A stretch of 64,000 bases of DNA from Candidatus Shapirobacteria bacterium (lineage in GTDB: Bacteria; Patescibacteriota; Microgenomatia; UBA12405): assembly GCA_022837635.1 (NCBI GenBank), contig JALHFY010000001.1, forward strand, positions 160,136 to 224,135, read 5' to 3'. The notes under the pieces are model-generated. The model made no database searches. It was given only the letters and a program-made list of their open reading frames with translations, and was not told the DNA's origin. Both the position numbers and the translations under genes were made by a program. Shown here one piece after another: positions 59,381-64,000 of this stretch (its first letter is position 1; the number at the start of each line of letters is the position of its first letter).

Positions 59381-59686
59381 TTAATAGTTAATTTTAGTAA
59401 TCTTAATGTCAGTGAGTTGAGGACGGAAGCCTTTAGTTTTACGATAGCGAGATTTGGCTTTGTAGGTAGAGACTCTCAGTTTTTTACCTTGATAGTCTTT
59501 GGTAATTTCAAAGTTAACAGAAGCACCTTTGAGATAAGGTTGACCAATTTTGACTTTGTCGCCATCGACAATCAACAAAACTTCTGTACAGGATTTACTT
59601 TTAGGATCCAATTTATCTACAGTAATGAGTTGATCTTCTTGGACCAGATATTGAGTGCCGGAAAGGGCAATAACCGCATATTTCAT
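59381..59686 (-). CDS. rplU: 50S ribosomal protein L21
   Basis: YAVI..SGTQY, IGQPY, YRKTKGFR. Confidence 0.95.
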   Translation of the reverse strand: MKYAVIALSGTQYLVQEDQLITVDKLDPKSKSCTEVLLIVDGDKVKIGQPYLKGASVNFEITKDYQGKKLRVSTYKAKSRYRKTKGFRPQLTDIKITKINY

Positions 59687-59714
59687 ACTTGTCGATTATA
59701 TCACAGGGCGGATT

Positions 59715-60710
59715 TTATGCAGAATAGATAATCCCCAAAGAAAAGAGAAGAGCGATAACAGAAGAACCACCCACAGACATAAAAGGTAGAGGGATACCGG
59801 TGACCGGTAGAATGCCGATATTCATGCCGATATTAATAAAGGTTTGAGCCCAAATTTCAAAAGCAATTCCCAGAGTAAATAAAAAGAGAGCCAAGTTGTT
59901 AGTGGTATTAAAAGCTTTCTTGAAAAGAGTTTCGATGATAATAAAATAAGCTAGGAGAATAATCACTACAGCTAATAATCCTAGTTCTTCAGCAGTGGCT
60001 GAAAAGATAAAATCAGTGTGCTTTTCAGGTAAATAGAGAAGTTGTCCTTGGGTGCCTTTACGGTAGCCTTTACCTAAAATTCCACCTGAACCAATAGCGA
60101 TTTGAGCCTGAATTAAATTATAACCATCACCTAAGGGGTCTGATTGAGGATTAAGAAAACTTTTAATACGGTCCCGTTGATAAGGTTTCAGGACGACACC
60201 ATAGATGAGTGGGGCGGTAAAAATAAGTAGAATTAGTGATAGGATAGCTAGTTTTAATAATTTTTTGTTGTAAAGAACTAGAGGAGTAATGAGAATAAAA
60301 ACGCTCATAGCACTACCTAAATCTGGCTGCATCATGATAATAGCTACCGGTATTAGGTGTAATAAAGGGACAGTAGTAGTTGATAAAAATAACATTAGAG
60401 GTCCTTTGACGATTTCACTAGGTTGAATGGAAAAAGGACCGATATAGAGCCAACGTCGGGATCCTCGAGTGAAGGTACTGATGATAATTGGGGCTAAAAC
60501 TAAAAGACAAGAAACAATAAAGAAAAAGGTGCCGGTAGATCGGTTTTGTTTGGGATTTATCTGAGTACCGACTAAAAACAAAATGATGCCTACTCCCCAA
60601 GAAAGCAGTTGTTTCCAAAAAAGAGTCGGGGCTAGAGAGCTAATCATCAACAAATTAAAAGAAAAGAGTATTAGTAGGGCAAAGGTGAGGCGTTTGGGTA
60701 ACAATCTCAT
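59715..60710 (-). CDS. rodA: SEDS protein (RodA/FtsW)
   Basis: IQPSEIVK, QPDLG, YQRDRI, IGSGG, PEKHTDFIF, PVTGIPLPFMSVGGSS. Confidence 0.85.
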   Translation of the reverse strand: MRLLPKRLTFALLILFSFNLLMISSLAPTLFWKQLLSWGVGIILFLVGTQINPKQNRSTGTFFFIVSCLLVLAPIIISTFTRGSRRWLYIGPFSIQPSEIVKGPLMLFLSTTTVPLLHLIPVAIIMMQPDLGSAMSVFILITPLVLYNKKLLKLAILSLILLIFTAPLIYGVVLKPYQRDRIKSFLNPQSDPLGDGYNLIQAQIAIGSGGILGKGYRKGTQGQLLYLPEKHTDFIFSATAEELGLLAVVIILLAYFIIIETLFKKAFNTTNNLALFLFTLGIAFEIWAQTFINIGMNIGILPVTGIPLPFMSVGGSSVIALLFSLGIIYSA

Positions 60711-63475
60711 GAACTTTTAGTGATAGAGAGAGTCTCTCCTAGAGAAATGGAGTCAGCTAGAGTTTTTTCTAAAATTTGAGATTCAAAAGCTTTTGGCCAA
60801 CTAGGGGCGGTAATGGTAATTCGGTCTGATAATTGAAGATTCTGTTCTTTTCTGAGAACTTGAATGTTTCTGACCAAATCGCGATATTCACCTTCAGCAA
60901 TTAATTCTGGAGTTAAGTTGGTGTCCAAATGTACTGATAAGTTGGTTGATTTTTCTTGAAACTGGACAGTTTTAACATTAACTTCATCGGCAATGATTTG
61001 TAAAAGTGAGGCATCTAGGCTGTGAGGAGCTTGAAAAGTGAGAGTGGCTAAAGGTTGACGGAGTTTGAGATTAGCAAGCTGTCTTTGAGCATGACCCAGT
61101 TGACAAATTTTTCGAACTAGGTCCATATTTGATTCTAAAGTTTCGTCAATTAGATGTTCATCAAATTGTGGCCAAGACAATAAATGGATTGAGTTTTTTT
61201 CACCAAGATTTTGGAAAAAAGTTTCAGCCAAAAAGGGCATGAAAGGGGCCAACACTAAACTGAGAGTTCTGAAAATATAGTAAAGCAAATCGAGATTATC
61301 ATGGCGATCACGGGAACGGCGGATATACCAAGTAGAGAGGTCGGTAACAAAAGTTTCGATGACTGAAGTGGCTTTGGAGGTGTTGAATTTATCTAAAGAT
61401 TGGGTGGTAATTTTGAGAGTTTGGTTAAAACGAGAGAGTAACCAGCGATCTAAAGGTAAGGTGAATTTTTTAGGGTCAAAGGTAGAGGGTTGCCATTGAT
61501 CTTGATTGGCGCGTTGAGTGAAGAAGCGGTAAGAATTCCAGAGAATTAGCAAAAAGTCACGTTTGACTTGGTCGGCGGTGGAATAACCAAAATTAACTTT
61601 AGTAAAAGCTTTTTGTTGACAATAGAGCCAACGCATGGGATCGGCGCCGATTTTAGCGACAGCCTCATAATAAGGGATGCCATTGCCTTTGGTTTTATGA
61701 ATAATTTCCCCTTTGTCATCACGGACTTCACCGTGGGTGACCACATTGAGATAAGGAGCTTGATTTTCTAAAGTGACGCCAAAGAAAAGTAGAGAATAAA
61801 ACCAGAGACGGATTTGTTCGGTCATTTCCAGAACCAGCTCTGCCGGGAACCATTTTTGCCAATAAGCTTTATCTTCAAGATATTTAAGAGTAGAAAAAGG
61901 CACAACTCCGGCATCAAGCCAAACATCGCCAACGTCGGGGATACGTTTAACAGCTTGACCGCATTTAGGACATTTAATTTCGATGGTATCAATCCAAGGG
62001 CGGTGGAGTGATGGGAGCTTGTCAACCAGTTGGGGGTCAACAGCCAGGGATTTTAATTCTTCCTTGGAGCCGATAACAGTTAGTTGACCACAATCACATT
62101 CATAAAAAGGCAAGGCCAGACCATAAAAACGTTTGCGGTTGATAAGCCAATTTTCCATGGTGTCAAGCCAATTTTGCATGCGTCGACCAGCAAATTTGGG
62201 TTGCCAATTAACTTTTTTAGCGGCTTCTTTGAGTAATGGTTTGATTTGATGGGTATCAATGAACCAAGAATCTTCCAGTCGAAAGAGACATTTGGTTTTA
62301 CAGCGCCAGCAGTGGGGATAACGGTGGGTAATTTCCTCACTTTTGAAAAATAAATTTTTCTGTTTTAAGTAATCAATGACTTGTTGGTTAACATCATGAG
62401 CATAAAGTCCACTCAAATCGCCGTAACCCGGTAAGAAGTGACCGGTGCTGTCAAGAGGTGCCAACATAGGTACCTTTAATTTTTTACCTAATTCAAAATC
62501 GGCTTGACCGCAGCCAGGGGCAATGTGAACGACACCTGTCCCCTCTTCTGGGTTGACTTCAGGCCAGGAGGTAATAAAGTGTTTGATGTCTTTTTGAGCG
62601 GGAATATCATAGAGAGATTCATATTCCAGGTTGATTAAATCTTGCCCATTTACAGGTGAATACTGTTTGATACCTAAGCGGTCGGCGGCGATTTTGGCCA
62701 AATAAAGAATTTCATTATCAATTTCGGCTTTGACGTATTCAAACTCAGGATTAATAGCCAAGAGGATGTTGGCAGACAAGGTCCAAGGAGTGGTGGTCCA
62801 GGCCAAAACATATTCATTTTGACGATTTTTTAATTTGAATTTGAGATAAACAGAGGTGTCGGTGTCAGTTTGGTAACCGTCAGCTTCTTCATGTTGGGAG
62901 AGACCGGTTTCGCAACGTGGGCACCAAGTAACAGCACTTTTTTCTTTGACCAACCAACCTTTTTCATGAACTTTTTTAAGGAAATGCCAAATGTAGAGAT
63001 TGTTGGTGGTGGAATTGGTGTAATAGGAATTGGGCCAGTCCATGAACATACCCAAGCGAATTGATTGTTCGGTTTGGATTTTAGAAAACTTGTCCACTCG
63101 AGCCAGACAGGCTTGAGTGAATTTTTCCATACCAAAATCAAGAATATCTTTTTTGGAATTGAAACCAGCTTCTTTTTCCACCTCGACTTCAACCCACAAA
63201 CCTTGACAATCAAAACCGTTTTGGAAGCGTTGAGCAAAACCTTGAGCATTTTTATAACGTTGAAAAACGTCTTTTAAGGTACGGCCACGGGCGTGATGGA
63301 CTCCCATGGGATTGTTGGCGGTTAGAGGGCCGTCAATAAAAGAAAAGTTTTTTTCTGATTGATCATTCTTATGAAGGTATTGATTGAGGATATCGTTTTC
63401 CTGCCACCATTTGAGGACGGCGAGTTCTTGTTCATCAAAATTAGGTTGATTCGGTAGATTCTTAAAGAAAGCCAT
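60707..63475 (-). CDS. ileS: Isoleucine-tRNA ligase, type 2
   Basis: FIDGP, GVHH, DCQGL, WTTTPWT, YPHCWRC, IleRS2-type C-terminus (EGEYRDLVRNIQVLRK). Confidence 0.95.
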   Translation of the reverse strand: MAFFKNLPNQPNFDEQELAVLKWWQENDILNQYLHKNDQSEKNFSFIDGPLTANNPMGVHHARGRTLKDVFQRYKNAQGFAQRFQNGFDCQGLWVEVEVEKEAGFNSKKDILDFGMEKFTQACLARVDKFSKIQTEQSIRLGMFMDWPNSYYTNSTTNNLYIWHFLKKVHEKGWLVKEKSAVTWCPRCETGLSQHEEADGYQTDTDTSVYLKFKLKNRQNEYVLAWTTTPWTLSANILLAINPEFEYVKAEIDNEILYLAKIAADRLGIKQYSPVNGQDLINLEYESLYDIPAQKDIKHFITSWPEVNPEEGTGVVHIAPGCGQADFELGKKLKVPMLAPLDSTGHFLPGYGDLSGLYAHDVNQQVIDYLKQKNLFFKSEEITHRYPHCWRCKTKCLFRLEDSWFIDTHQIKPLLKEAAKKVNWQPKFAGRRMQNWLDTMENWLINRKRFYGLALPFYECDCGQLTVIGSKEELKSLAVDPQLVDKLPSLHRPWIDTIEIKCPKCGQAVKRIPDVGDVWLDAGVVPFSTLKYLEDKAYWQKWFPAELVLEMTEQIRLWFYSLLFFGVTLENQAPYLNVVTHGEVRDDKGEIIHKTKGNGIPYYEAVAKIGADPMRWLYCQQKAFTKVNFGYSTADQVKRDFLLILWNSYRFFTQRANQDQWQPSTFDPKKFTLPLDRWLLSRFNQTLKITTQSLDKFNTSKATSVIETFVTDLSTWYIRRSRDRHDNLDLLYYIFRTLSLVLAPFMPFLAETFFQNLGEKNSIHLLSWPQFDEHLIDETLESNMDLVRKICQLGHAQRQLANLKLRQPLATLTFQAPHSLDASLLQIIADEVNVKTVQFQEKSTNLSVHLDTNLTPELIAEGEYRDLVRNIQVLRKEQNLQLSDRITITAPSWPKAFESQILEKTLADSISLGETLSITKSS

Positions 63476-63493
63476 GCTGTATTTTAATATATC

Positions 63494-64000
63494 TTAGTTG
63501 TTTTTACGAAGGAAGGCGGGGATATCAAATTCAGTTTCAATTTCCACACCTTCGGGAACCTCTTGGTCTTCCATGAGAGTTTTAAGTCCGGGATCAATTT
63601 CGGTTTTAGTTGCTTCAAGGGAAAGATCGGAATTATCTTCAATGAGAGTTTCTTGGAGAGGGGCAGCGGCTTTTTTGAAAGTGTTATAAAAACGAGCTTT
63701 ATTGGGATCAAAACCGGTGGCAATGACAGTGACTTTAATTTTGTCCTTAAGTTCGGGATCAATTGAGGCTCCAAAAATAACATTAGCGTCGGGAGCGACA
63801 TGAGCGGTAATGCTTTTGGCGGATTCTTCAATTTCAGCCATGGTTAAATCAGGTCCACCGGTAATATTGATTAAGACTCCCCTAGCACCATCGATATCGA
63901 CTTCAACCAAAGGCGAATCGATAGCAGCTTCGACGGCAGCTCTGGCTTTGTCGGGACCTTCGGCCTCTCCTACTCCCATTAGGGCTGAGCCAGCATTGGC
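63494..64000 (-). CDS. ftsZ: Cell division protein FtsZ (3' part)
   Basis: AGSALMG, SPL..GARGVLINITGG, VTVIATG, C-terminal DIPAFLRK. Confidence 0.96.
   Translation of the reverse strand, partial: ANAGSALMGVGEAEGPDKARAAVEAAIDSPLVEVDIDGARGVLINITGGPDLTMAEIEESAKSITAHVAPDANVIFGASIDPELKDKIKVTVIATGFDPNKARFYNTFKKAAAPLQETLIEDNSDLSLEATKTEIDPGLKTLMEDQEVPEGVEIETEFDIPAFLRKNN

Overview
A gene-dense, AT-rich bacterial chromosome segment (standard code; TGA used as stop). Gene content and streamlined proteins suggest a Patescibacteria/CPR organism, probably Microgenomates-like; this is an inference, not a database result. It holds translation and replication core genes (rpsP, rnc, nusB, rpmF, recG, thrS-infC-rpmI-rplT-pheS-pheT, tig, efp, tgt, lexA, rsmI, ppsA, holA, lgt, rplS, dnaE, polX, ndk, lepB, parB, rplU-rpmA, rodA, ileS, ftsZ), 20 tRNA genes, and cell-surface/glycan genes. 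No CRISPR, rRNA, integrase or transposase was seen. The most notable observations are: (1) an orphan LpxC-like deacetylase with intact catalytic residues, coupled to an FGE-domain protein, in a lineage thought to lack lipid A; (2) degenerate tRNA duplicates carrying GC-rich palindromes in place of or inside tRNA arms, plus a similar hairpin inserted in frame in a MiaB/MtaB-family gene; (3) 5 of 20 tRNAs with C55 instead of the near-universal U55; (4) pervasive leaderless promoter geometry, and CDSs starting right after tRNA 3' ends; (5) a type-2 IleRS with a GVHH signature. All calls come from reading motifs by eye, and coordinates not taken from the ORF track were counted by hand.
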